Assembly: GCA_052426225.1 (NCBI GenBank)
Contig: JBNJNM010000015.1
Coordinates: forward strand, 1,674,001 to 1,738,000
Direction: 5' to 3'
DNA length: 64,000 bases
Origin: Zancudomyces culisetae HAW-14-8
Lineage: Eukaryota > Fungi > Kickxellomycota
Shown here: one piece after another, positions 14,083 to 25,521 of the stretch
Layout: every line of letters begins with the position of its first letter
Numbering within the stretch: position 1 is the first letter of the stretch
Notes under the pieces: model-generated
Told to the model about the DNA's origin: nothing
The model's database searches: none
What the model saw: only the letters and a program-made list of their open reading frames with translations
Program-made: the position numbers and the translations under genes

Positions 14083-15681
14083 TTAGAGTTTGCTGGTGTT
14101 ATTGGATACAAGTTCATCATAGCACAAAGTGGTCAAGAAGTCATCAAAGCGCTCTCCAGTAACTTGAGTAGCAAGATATTTTCTTGCAAGCTGGACCTTA
14201 GGATATTTGCCCGACTTTGCGAGCTTGGCGGTCTCTTCGTCAAGAATTCTAAGAGCAAGTTGTGGTGTGATGGTGGCACCGTCAGAGGTGTGAACCTTGT
14301 GGCGCACCCATTGGTACAACTGAGCGCGGGAAATCTCAGCAGTGGCAGCATCCTCCATAAGGTTATGAACTGGGACACAACCAGTTCCACGTAGCCAAGC
14401 TTCCATATATACCAAGCATACATACAAGTTTTTGCGGATACTGTCAACAGTAATGGTACCACCTTCAATGTTGGTGTTTAGCAACTCAGCTGCAGTCACA
14501 TGGACATCATCACGTCTGACATGGAACTGGTTGGCGGAGATCATGTGTTCGTTGAAAGCATCAAAGGCAATTACAGCAAGACCTGGATGTGCAACCCAGG
14601 TTCCATCGTGGCCAGCCAACACCTCACGCAGTTTATCAGCCTTGACTTTGTCCATGGCAGCAGTGTTAGCAGCGGCATCATCCTTGATTGGGATTTGAGC
14701 AGCCATTCCACCCATAGCATGTACTCCACGGCTGTGGCATGTCTTGATAAGTAGACGAACATATGCATCCATAAATGGTGCGGTCATTCCAACTTGAGAT
14801 CTATCTGGCAATACAAATCTTGGGTCATTGCGGAACTTTTTAATAACTGAGAAAATGTAATCCCATCTTCCACAGTTGAGTCCTGAAGAGTGGTCTCTTA
14901 ATTCGTAAATGATTTCATCCATCTCAAATGCAGCATGGATGGTCTCAATCAATACTGTTCCCCTGATTGTACCTCTTGGAATACCCAAAAAGTCTTGTGA
15001 AACATTGAATACATCATTCCAGAGACGAGCTTCCAAGTGGCTTTCCATCTTGGGAAGGTAAAAGTATGGTCCCTGTCCAGCCTGAACAGAAATCTTAGCA
15101 CAATGGAAAAAGTAGATTCCGAAATCAAATAGAGATGCAGAGCATGGTTCGCCATCAATATACAAATGCTTCTCCTCCATGTGCCAACCACGTGGTCTAA
15201 TAAGCAATGTAGCTATTTTTCCGTCTGTTCGTAGCTTGTATGATTTTCCGTTGGGTGCAGTGAAGCTGATTGTTCTAAGCAAGGCATCTTTCATGTTTTT
15301 TTGTCCAGAAACAACATTAGCCCATGTTGGACTGCTAGAATCCTCGAAGTCAGCCATAAATGTCGATGCTCCGCTGTTCAAGGCATTGATTACCATTTTG
15401 CGATCAACTGGTCCTGTAATTTCAACACGTCTGTCAACCAGTCCTGGTGCGGGCTTTGCAGCCTGCCAGGTCTTGTCATTGCGAATGTAGGCTGTCTCTG
15501 GCAAGAAATCGGGTAAGACTCCTTTGTTGATTTCTGCTTCGCGCTCTACACGCTTTCTTAACAAATATTTTCTTCTGGAATTGAAAAGTCTGTTGAGTCT
15601 TGCTACAAAATCAAGAGCTTGAGGTGTAAGCACCTCATCGCTTTCTGGAAGACGCGGTCCGACAACTTTGATTCCGCTCAT
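14083..15681 (-). CDS. MLS1: Malate synthase, glyoxysomal/peroxisomal
   Basis: [64 protein letters not shown]; C-terminal SKL (PTS1). Confidence 0.97.
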   Translation of the reverse strand: MSGIKVVGPRLPESDEVLTPQALDFVARLNRLFNSRRKYLLRKRVEREAEINKGVLPDFLPETAYIRNDKTWQAAKPAPGLVDRRVEITGPVDRKMVINALNSGASTFMADFEDSSSPTWANVVSGQKNMKDALLRTISFTAPNGKSYKLRTDGKIATLLIRPRGWHMEEKHLYIDGEPCSASLFDFGIYFFHCAKISVQAGQGPYFYLPKMESHLEARLWNDVFNVSQDFLGIPRGTIRGTVLIETIHAAFEMDEIIYELRDHSSGLNCGRWDYIFSVIKKFRNDPRFVLPDRSQVGMTAPFMDAYVRLLIKTCHSRGVHAMGGMAAQIPIKDDAAANTAAMDKVKADKLREVLAGHDGTWVAHPGLAVIAFDAFNEHMISANQFHVRRDDVHVTAAELLNTNIEGGTITVDSIRKNLYVCLVYMEAWLRGTGCVPVHNLMEDAATAEISRAQLYQWVRHKVHTSDGATITPQLALRILDEETAKLAKSGKYPKVQLARKYLATQVTGERFDDFLTTLCYDELVSNNTSKL

Positions 15682-18600
15682 GTTTTTTTTTGTTATCCTT
15701 TGCTATTGTTCGCTATGGGTTAAATAGAAATAGCACGATCGTGTTAGAAAGTTTCACAAGTTTTAAATAATAATTATTAATGCAAGTTCCGAGTTGATTT
15801 GACCAAACTTTGGTGTGATATGGAATAGAAAGGACTATTTCACTAAAAGCTTGTTCAATATAAACAAGAGTCCTGCTTTTCCTCACAAAATTGAATTGCC
15901 CTGTTATATAAAAAAAAGAACGAATAAAAGGAAAAATGAAAGAAATGGTGTGATAGTATGGTGTTACGCGTTTTTTATCTGGTATTGCCTTTACATCCAT
16001 GTGTTTAAAATAGAATAAAACAAAAACACGACTAAACGACCAAACGACCAAACCACAAGTGGGTAAAACAAGTGAGTATGCAAGTACCACGACTCTAAGT
16101 TTTTCTATAACTTACCTTTATAAATGTAGTAATAGGCTGTATGCACCTGTCTATATGTTACGTTACTCAAAAATATCGGTTATGTCCCTAAGTATACCTG
16201 TTTAGAAACGAAAGTTCGGCGTTGATATTAGAAAGGATATAGCCTTTATTTTATTTATTTATATACCTGCCCACTTGCACAACGATTTGCATATTGTTGT
16301 ATATACCACTAAATTTTCACATGCGCTTTTATCGCACTGATAAATTCAAATTCTCCAAAAAAAAAAAAAAAATAAAACATAAAACATAATATCTGCAGAT
16401 TTCCTTTACCGCTTATTCAATGAACTGCATTAAAGCACATGCATTTTTTTTTAAATTAAAAACAATTACCACAATTTTTTTCCGATGGCTAAAAAATTGG
16501 ATAGTTAATCTGTTGGCTTATCTTTTGTTCATGGTGGAATATTTGGGGGGGAGTGGGTTTGCTCTTTGAGCTTTTTCTATTTACCACTTTCTTTATCAAT
16601 ACCCTGGAAGGTTTCATGTGCATTGCGTAAATGGACTATTATGTTGGTCTGATAACTGCAAGAACATCGATAAAGCCTTCAGCTTCATTGTGACCAAGCA
16701 CTTTTTCATCCCCACCAAATTGAAATTACACAAAAAAAAGTTGGTGAATAAAATAAAGCATAAACCATGTTGCTCGCAAAATGCTATTGCAAAACAAAAC
16801 AAAATGAAAAATAACCAAAACCAAAACATTCCGTTATCTAGAGCCATCAATGTATTATGCTGTTAGAACTGTTGCGCATCAATACTGACTCGTATATTGT
16901 TATCATACCCCCTTACTTTTTCTTTTTTAGCCATTTAGAAAATGTGTGAGGGATGTTCATGCTCCCCAAACATAAGAAATAGCAAAAATTCCCCGCTAAC
17001 ACATTCACCAAACATCAGACTCCTGGAATAAGAAAGCAAACATAATACCTATCATTAGAGGAGAGTCGCTGGGATTTTTTTTTACAGTATGCTAATAAAT
17101 AAGACATTTGACAGAATGGGTGATGAGGGATAGGGGATATTAATAGCGTCTAATTAATTATCAATGATCAAGGAATGTCTGAAAGGTGTAGTGTGTCAAG
17201 TTGTAAAAGTGAATGTTGAGCGTTGAACATTCTGTTAAAATAAACACAAGAGCATTGCTGGTGTCTTGGCCACAGGTTTGCCAATACTCACTCCTCCACT
17301 ACACCTCCCCCCGGTCATTAGATAAAGCGTACCGTTTGTTTGTGTTTCGGCTTTTTAGAATGCAATTTGTGGCTGTTATCATTAATGTTCCAGAATATGC
17401 ACCATTTAATATCACGAAGTATTATATTTAGTTTACAGTCTATACGCTTTATCATTCAATATTATTTTTTTATTGGGGAATTTGCGAGTAAAACCAGAAA
17501 AGATTTAGAACTAAACGGAGGATGGGTACGCTCTTATCAGCTTTAAATTGTCAGAAAACACAATTTTGCGCTTAGAATAAACGCACAGAGTGGATCCCAC
17601 ATGTATTAATCAACTTTGATTTGTCTGTGTAACAATTTTTATTTCCACCGCTTGCACCACAAATAAATGGTCGAAAAAAACCGCTAAATACTCGACAATA
17701 ATGTAATGCCCGTGTTATTAATCCTACAGTTATGGTGTAAAATGCGAAATAAAAAGCGGAGGCAAACAATGCCGAGTCATGTGTTTAATCGATTAATGCA
17801 TGTACCAACCAAACAATACCACTAATTGGCACCACAGTCTATACTTGCGGGTTCTTCCTGTAGCTGCTTATTTTATGTGAATTTAGTGTTTAATAACATA
17901 CTGGGATAACAGTAACAATACCTCTGGAGTATACTGTTGCCAGCTATATGATCAGGAGTAGGCACATATACCCGTACACGACGTTGTTTATGGTGTGTGG
18001 AGAGCGGGATGGTTGCATCTCAAAGGTTGGGTATCACATTTGAGCTGTCATATTTACTCTACAAACACCCTCCTCCTCCCACCCTTCCTCCAGAACTATG
18101 CCTGCAAAATTGATAATTTTCTTTATTTAAAACAAATTAAAAATGCCAACACTATAGTTGCAAAAGAAAGTGGAAAAAATACGACCCAGTAAGGTACGAG
18201 TGATAAAAAGGAATGTAGTTGTTTCATATCTGTTGTTTCCAATTTCCAATTCTTTTCTCTTTACATTTTTCATTGATTGAATTGCCATTATACGAATGTT
18301 TCAAAAAAATTATAAATAGGCAGGCAATTAGACTTTAAAAATCAATTCCACTGAATCAGAATAAGATGGATTTTAGATTTGCTATTTTTTTTGTATGTGT
18401 TAGTGACAGATAAGTTGATTAGGAAATCAAACCAAAAGTAGCACATAATAAAATAATAAAATAACAATAGCACATAATGAAGAGGGATGTTGTTCCACAA
18501 TGAGCTTCTTAGATGAAAGTTACTTCAAACCAAAAAAAAAGTCCTAAATAGCGAGTATCTAACCGACACCTCCCCCCCCGTTTCTCCAAGAGCTTGATAC

Positions 18601-19108
18601 CCACAGTGTGTTGGTTCAAGAACAAGATGAGCTCCTTGTCTCAGCGCTCCTGATGTTTGAAATAATCAATAATCGAGCATAATAAATAGCCCTAGTTATA
18701 CAAACACGTTTCAGTTAACGAGAAAATGTTGCAGTTTTATGGGGTTTGGATAAAATCTAATTTCTAGTGATACCTTGAGGAATAACAAGAGGGCTGTTAC
18801 ACCTGAGAATGCGTCCGGCTCCTTAAATATATTTACTGCAATGGTTGAAAATAGCCCCAGTGCAATATTGGTTCAAAAAAAAAAGACCTGCAAACTACGC
18901 TAAAATATCTGTTATTTTGTGTTTTGATGTAGCCGCTAAGAGTAAAAAAGAGGTTCTTAAGTGCAACATTTTTTAGTTTTAGAAACTTTTTATGGGTTTT
19001 ATAACGATCTGGTTCTTATTTCGTAAAGTGAATGCTATTGTGTTGAATTTCATAATCTAAAAACCCATTAAAACAACTTTATTGAAAAAATGGCCTATTT
19101 GCTTCACA

Positions 19109-20315
19109 TTAAAGTGTGAGAAGTATAAATGACAAGACTGTACCAATCATGCTAACCCCTGCATACAATATATCTCCGACACAACTGCCGCTCAGTCCAT
19201 TCAGAAGCATGACATCAGCTGTTATAGGAGCAAGTATGAAGGTATGGTTCAACAGAAAGTTCAGTCCTACCTGTGCCAAATCCAAAATTGTTTCTGTGGT
19301 ATTGATAGTAGTATCAAAGACAAAGAGCACAGTAGCCAATATATCATTAAAACTTGGGTTGGTAAGAATCTTGGGTCCACCTATGATAACAGTAGATATT
19401 GGTTGTGGTGAATTTTCTGCAAATGAGAGAACACCATCAATGATTGTATCAATAGCACCTATTTCGCCGATGGCACCACCCAAAGTCTCAAACGAAGAAG
19501 CAAGTATACTTCCGCTACTTGTGCTTGAAATGACACATTCAGCATTGCTTTTACATGGCAAAAATGTGTTTATCAAGTGACCAGTGGATTCGATCGTCTT
19601 ATCTAATAATTTCGTGTCTATATCCAAGAATTTGCTTTGCTGAGCTGAGTTTCTAACTGTGAATAGATAGCTTGCATATTCATATTTTGCGTCTTTATTT
19701 TCTCATAAGGTGGCAAAGATCGTCGTTATGAGTTTTGCGGCACTCTTTTCATATCCTTGAGGCTCTTCTAGCACATTCTCTATCCACCTGGTGATAGATA
19801 CAGTGGTGTTCTTTTTTGCGATGGGCGAAAAGGAAGAAATGTAGTCTGTGACGTTTAAGTTAAAAGAATCCTCAGCAACTATAGTGAGAGCTTAGAATTA
19901 GCCAAGATGTTTAAATGGGTTGATTTTTACTATCTCTGTAAAGTTACCAAAGTTATTTGCAGCTTTTTTTGCTGAACCAACAGATACGTTGGCGACTGTG
20001 TTACGACTTAGCCTGTACAGTTTTCCGTTTTTAATATCCTCAACTGCAGCACGCTTTTTAAGCTCTCCAGCTCTTCTGGACCTTTTGACATGTTCATGTT
20101 GTTTTCCAAGAGAACATTCAGTTTTGCCGGATACCTCATTTCAGACTGTTTCTTCGAAAAATGAACTCTCTGAAACTTTGTCACATACAGTAAAAGAATA
20201 CTCTGCTATTTGCACCACCTACATCACACCACGTGGACTTGTCTATATATCTATATTGCGATATTGATGCTGCCAGTGTGCTTAAGGCCTATGCTAAAAA
20301 TAAGATGCCACACAT
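19109..20315 (-). pseudogene. Interrupted gene for an unrecognised secreted/membrane-anchored protein
   Basis: ATG at 20315 reads MCGILFLA*ALSTLAASISQ (signal-peptide-like with an internal TAG). A +1 frame change or 43-nt intron follows near 20190, then TGA at 20143, a 69-nt GT-AG intron (19947-19879, branch GCTAAT) and TGA at 19705. The frame then continues into the 172-aa ORF with a hydrophobic C-terminus. Confidence 0.6.
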
Positions 20316-20934
20316 TTTAATATTTTTATGTAAGATGTTTTCTTGGCATTGTATTGGGAGAAAAGTAAGTACTGTTTGTTGGGGTTTTACGATTTCCTTT
20401 GGACGAGCAATTATTTTTTATTCCGGCAGTGATCCAAAATAGGGCTTGCTTTGATAACTGCTTTAGCGTTTAAAGATGTTTTTATTTTATACAACCTGTT
20501 TTAGAGTTTTTTTTAAAAACTACATAAAGCTAATATATGATTATCCTTTATGACTACTAATGTGGTATGCTTCGCCAAAAACTCTTTTCGGTATGTGTTT
20601 ACGTGATCCTTATTAGTGTATTTTTTCCGTAGTGTGTATTTAATTTACTTTTTAAAAGGTTTCTTTTAAACTAGAATGAGAATATTGATATTCGGTATTA
20701 TCTTCTCATTTCTTTTCATATATAATAAGCTTTTAACCGTAATAAAACTGTTATCTTTGTAAATTGTATAAACTGTACACAAATTTAAGGAAATGCCTTT
20801 GATAGAAAAGGTATCATTGTACTTTGCTTGACACTGATTTTTATCGTTTAATTTAGTTAAAGTTATTGGGGATTTTCGAATTGACAGCGTAAATCCCTTG
20901 ATTTTACTTTTATACATTACTACTGCTAGAACAC

Positions 20935-21483
20935 ATGTCCCTGGTTTTTACCGAACTATTCTTGTTACTCTAATGTTGACTGTGATAGTCAGTTTGATTG
21001 CGACCATAGATGGTTCTGATGACTTTAAGTTTGTATGGAAACGCTGACGATATTTACACTTGTAGTGCCGTCTTTTCTTTAACTGCTGTCTTTCCCTTTA
21101 GCCTCTTCTACTATAACAAAGCTAAATATGCAGAAAAGACACGCCGAAACATATACAATTATATGTTAGCATGTGGTTACACACGGAGCTATGGCACTGA
21201 TAATGTATTGATACATCAAAAAATCGTCACTAGTTATGATAGTTCAAGACCAATAGTAAACACCCCATCAACACTTTACCAGAAAATTTACACCACTTTA
21301 TTAATATTTTTTTATAGAGACGTGGTAAATAAAACATTCACATCAACCATTCATGTTAGTTTAACATTGATGGTGGATATAGGCGAATTATCTCTATCGC
21401 ATTATGTCTTCAAGTATAAACTTTATACACATTTGGAAAAGTATGGAGCTCGATTTTTAATCAAAGGAAATACGTATTTATAG
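20935..21483 (+). pseudogene. Possible frameshifted relic of an unknown secreted protein
   Basis: A hydrophobic signal-like segment (YRTILVTLMLTVIVSLIATIDG) lies in a different frame just upstream of the 157-aa ORF 21010-21483. No homology recognised. Confidence 0.25.
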
Positions 21484-22098
21484 TCATATTTTCTATTTTT
21501 GTCATGTCCTCTACCTAACTATATTAAATCAAAGTGTATTATTTAAATAAAGTTAAAAAACTGATTTTTTTAATGAATATTTTTTGTAAAAATAACCCAT
21601 CCGATAAGCTAGTTGACTTAAAACCAATAAGTTTATCGCATAATACCATGACTGAATGAATACCTAAAGGATGACGCTAATTTCGAGAAAATAGAATGTT
21701 GTCTTCAATTAACCATTGTGTGATAGGGGAAAATAAATATAATGACGTTCTTCAACTTATATCTCAAATGAGGAAATTGTATGAAATAAATTAGGATATC
21801 AAAGCTAACCTAGGAATTTCTAAAAGTTTTTCAAATTCATAACAAACAATCAAAGATTAAGCTTGATTCCACTTTCTTCATCAATGCTCTTTAACTCCTC
21901 AATGGCAAAAAAAAAACAACAGTTTCACAGAATGTATTTTCTATCTACTCAGAAAAGTTCATACCTACCCCGGAATACGAGCGTTATGAACATTGTATAC
22001 ATTTAGATAAGTTTACTTGAACTAGTATTTCTTTCCATTTGATTTGATTTGATTTGTTTAGGGTATTAAAATAAAACTAACCAAAAAAATCGATATAT

Positions 22099-23553
22099 CT
22101 ACAAGATATATCTAAAATCTGGATGGAAATCATGAAGATCTCTTTGCTCCTCTGTAGACAAATGAGATACATCTTTAGGATTTTTATCCCTATTTTTGTT
22201 TTCGCAATCCAAACATATTCTCATAACAATGGTCAGTATAATGGAGCAGGCATATAAACTAAAGGTTAAAGCATACCCAGCTATATATTTGGGCGCTGAA
22301 GCCGGAGTAAAAAGATATGGAGTTAGAATTCCAGCTAGCGAGCCAGCCATAATATAAAACGCTGACTTGATGGCTCGTTTTTGAGTGCTGCCTGAGTTTA
22401 CCGACATCCACCCCATTTCAATTGGAACGACAGAATACATTGTAATTCCGAGTATAAAAATAAATGTGAGCCTCAGTATTTTGTCTTTGGTATATGCAAT
22501 TATCAAAAGGCAAACAACTGATATTGTATCAAAAATAACAAGTCTTATCTAATAAGGATATTTCGCAATTAGAAACGCACACAGTAATGAACTAATGGTT
22601 CCAATTATTGCAGGACCGCTGGCTAAAAACGTTGATGTTGAACTAGAAAACCCAAGAGATTTTATAATGGTTGGCCCGATAAATCCAATTATAACCAGTG
22701 TATTGTTTTTTGCCATACCTATAATACAAATTGCCCATACTTTCCAATCCATTATGGTGGAAATAATTGTTTTTAGCGTGATAACTGCCTTTTGCGCAGT
22801 TCCTTGACTCGAAATCAACCTCTTCACAACAATATCTCTTTCCGTAGGTGTCAAAAATTTTGCTGTTTCAGGATAATCCTTTATAACCAATATTGAGATT
22901 ATACAAATGATTAGTGTTAATGATCCCCCAAATATAAATATAACTTGATAGGGTTGCAAATTTCCAATCTTGATCAAGATAATAGCCCCATACAATAAAT
23001 TGACTATACCAGCAGCAGGAAGCGCTGAAAACATGACTGACATTCTAGGTCCCAGCTCTTCTCGTGTGTACCAGTATCCCATGTATGTAATAAGACCCGG
23101 CGTAAATCCAGCTTCGAAAGCACCTAGTATAAGTCTGATAATAATAGCATGTGTTGCATTCTTTGCAGCTGCCATGCACATACAAGTCACTGACCAACCG
23201 ATTCCAATAAATGGAAACCAGATAGAGGGCCTGAGTTTTTTGAGAAGGACGTTTGCAAATGGCTCCATAGCTACGTATGTAATAAAAAACAACGAGTTTA
23301 TGCTACCTTCTTGGACCGACGTAAGATTCAGACCTGTTCTCATTCCATTGGTTAATGCAGTCCCAACATTCCCTCTATCCATAGCACCAGCTAGATATAG
23401 ACAGTACATAGTTGGTATTACTCTCAAATCGACTTTTTTGAGCGCTCTTTTCAGAATGTATTGCTCATCATTAGTCAGAACAAAACTTCTGTTTACATTA
23501 TCACCCTTACTGGCGATATCAACGGAACCACCCATCTTTTCTCTATCAACCAT
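22099..23553 (-). pseudogene. MFS transporter, anion:cation symporter (Dal5/Tna1-like) family, with one in-frame TAG
   Basis: KVDLRVIP, MDRGNVG, RLILGAFEAGF.PG, WYTREELG.R, DYPETAKFLT..ER, C-terminal HPDFRYIL. The two ORF-track pieces are in the same frame, separated only by TAG at 22551-22549 (KYPY*IRLVIF). Confidence 0.85.
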
Positions 23554-25521
23554 ATCAGCAGTGTTACTTATTTTTGAATTTGTATGCGTGTAAAAAATCT
23601 TTATTTTAATAATCTTTTGGCCTTAATAATTGGAACAGTAGATGACCTTTTTACCGATATCGAATTGACTGAAAAACCATCAGGTTATAAGAAAAAAAGT
23701 GATACTGTTATTCCATATGCAGATTGAAACTTAATCCGACATTCTACACCTCCAAACTCCGAAACGATTAGAATGATAGATAACAGATTTGGTACTGTAA
23801 GATAAGATACTCTGGCCACTCTATGCTGTAGGTATAGCCCCTTTGTTTCATTAATGTCTGAATAAATATTAAATTGTTTGGTACTACCGGATCCATGTGT
23901 TTTTTGTAAACCATTATTCCATATAGCTACTTTCGGATATAATAAATAGTTGTACAACGCTAAATATATGATAAAATCAAAGATTAAATACGAAAGCTCT
24001 GTTAATATTTGGATAAAACCATCGATGGTTTTTACTAGTCTTTGGCTTTACTGAATATATAGAAAAGTTGTAATTTGCCATTGTTTGGTGTTTATACTCG
24101 TGCGTTAGGTTAGCACATCACCTTCAAGGTAAACATATTTAAATGTGAATTTACGATGTTTTTTAGTTGTTAGCTGAAAGTGGAGGCATACTTTATATGA
24201 AGTACTTGGACTATATGTAATGAAATGGGAAATACGAGATCTTATGTGAACTGTCGTGTTGATTGGGAAAGTTTTAAAGTGCGATGGCCTAGAAATCGAG
24301 TACCAATCAAAACAGCAATGAGATAACAATCAGTAATATAGGTTCAATCTCTTTTAGCTAATACTCCATTTGATTCCCATCAGTATTATATAAATTGGAA
24401 AATGAGAACTTGAATTTTTATTCGAAAATCTAATGGCTGACAACAACTAAATTAAGACCAAATAAAAGGAAAATAAAAAAACACAATTCACTGTTAATTT
24501 TTGTTGGAGGGTGGGTGGGAGATGTGAAAGAACTAAAAGAACTGAAAGGTCATCTGAAACACGATAAACATCAACTACGATATAACTCATCAATGCTATC
24601 AAAGTTTTTATAAATGGCTCAGCCTTGCGCCGAAAAAATTAATGTAAAAAAATGGTAAAAATTGCAATAATACTGGGGTCATTGCCATATATAAATTAAA
24701 GGAAATCAACTGCACAATGGTCGCAATTTAAAAAAAAAGTGAAATTCTATTGTGGCTTTACAAATGGGGTACAAAAAAATAGTTAACAGTTAACTATGCT
24801 GGTTTGAACAAGTGGCAGGACTGTTTTTTTGTTTTTTTTTCCACAGGATATCAGTATGACAATGTGGCGTGAAACAGTAAAGTAGGATGTTATAGGAAGT
24901 AACAGAATAAAACCTGAACATACTTTACACAAAATGTTTTTCATCTAGTGGTTCTCAGGAAGGGGCTTTGATTTCTCTGATGAAATTACCATTTATTTAA
25001 GGAGATAATACATGACACCAAGAAATGGATCTTAAAAAGGAATTTCAATTTTTATCCAAAGTTCGAGGATTCCATTTTTTATTATTAGATGAATATATTA
25101 AGTATCCCATAAAACTACACAAAATAATCCTGTAAAATATCTACCTAACCAATTCCCCCTCCATCCCCTTAGGGACTCCATACCCACCGGGCGTTGGTTC
25201 AAGGAGGTTGTTTCTACTCTGAGTTGGTCTAAGATTTGCACCCTCGTTCGACATATTCCGTCAAAAAATTGTGCCGTTACCAGCTCAACCAAGGACGGTG
25301 TTTCGGTTTCTCTCTTCCCAAGAGCCGAAAGAAGTTTAAATATAGCAATAACAAAAACAAAGACAACAAAAAAGAAAGCCATTCTTGACTGTAAATACAT
25401 AGTCAAAAGTATTTACTAGAAGCATCAACTTTTAAGAATAATATAGTTATATTTAGAACAAGTAATAAAAATTAATAAATTAATAAAGACGAAATTGAAA
25501 TCGACAAGATAAAAAAACAAA

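Noticed and set aside
17120-17306. C/D-box-like pair (GTGATGA...CTGA) and a 10-bp inverted repeat (17184-17193 / 17297-17306)
   Set aside because: No terminal stem or recognisable rRNA guide. Several 10-bp inverted repeats are expected by chance in 64 kb.
18311-18503. TATA plus ATG with a hydrophobic start (MDFRFAIFFV) and a GTATGT donor
   Set aside because: No splice choice I tried gives an ORF longer than about 20 codons.
19109-23553. Alternative genetic code (TAG/TGA reassigned) as the explanation for in-frame stops
   Set aside because: TAG terminates ALG11, NMD3 and MEC1, and TGA terminates BCP1, at their expected ends. Conserved genes have no internal stops.
23685-24329. Short ORFs upstream of the MFS gene
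   Set aside because: Non-ATG starts, no homology recognised, cannot be joined into a gene model.
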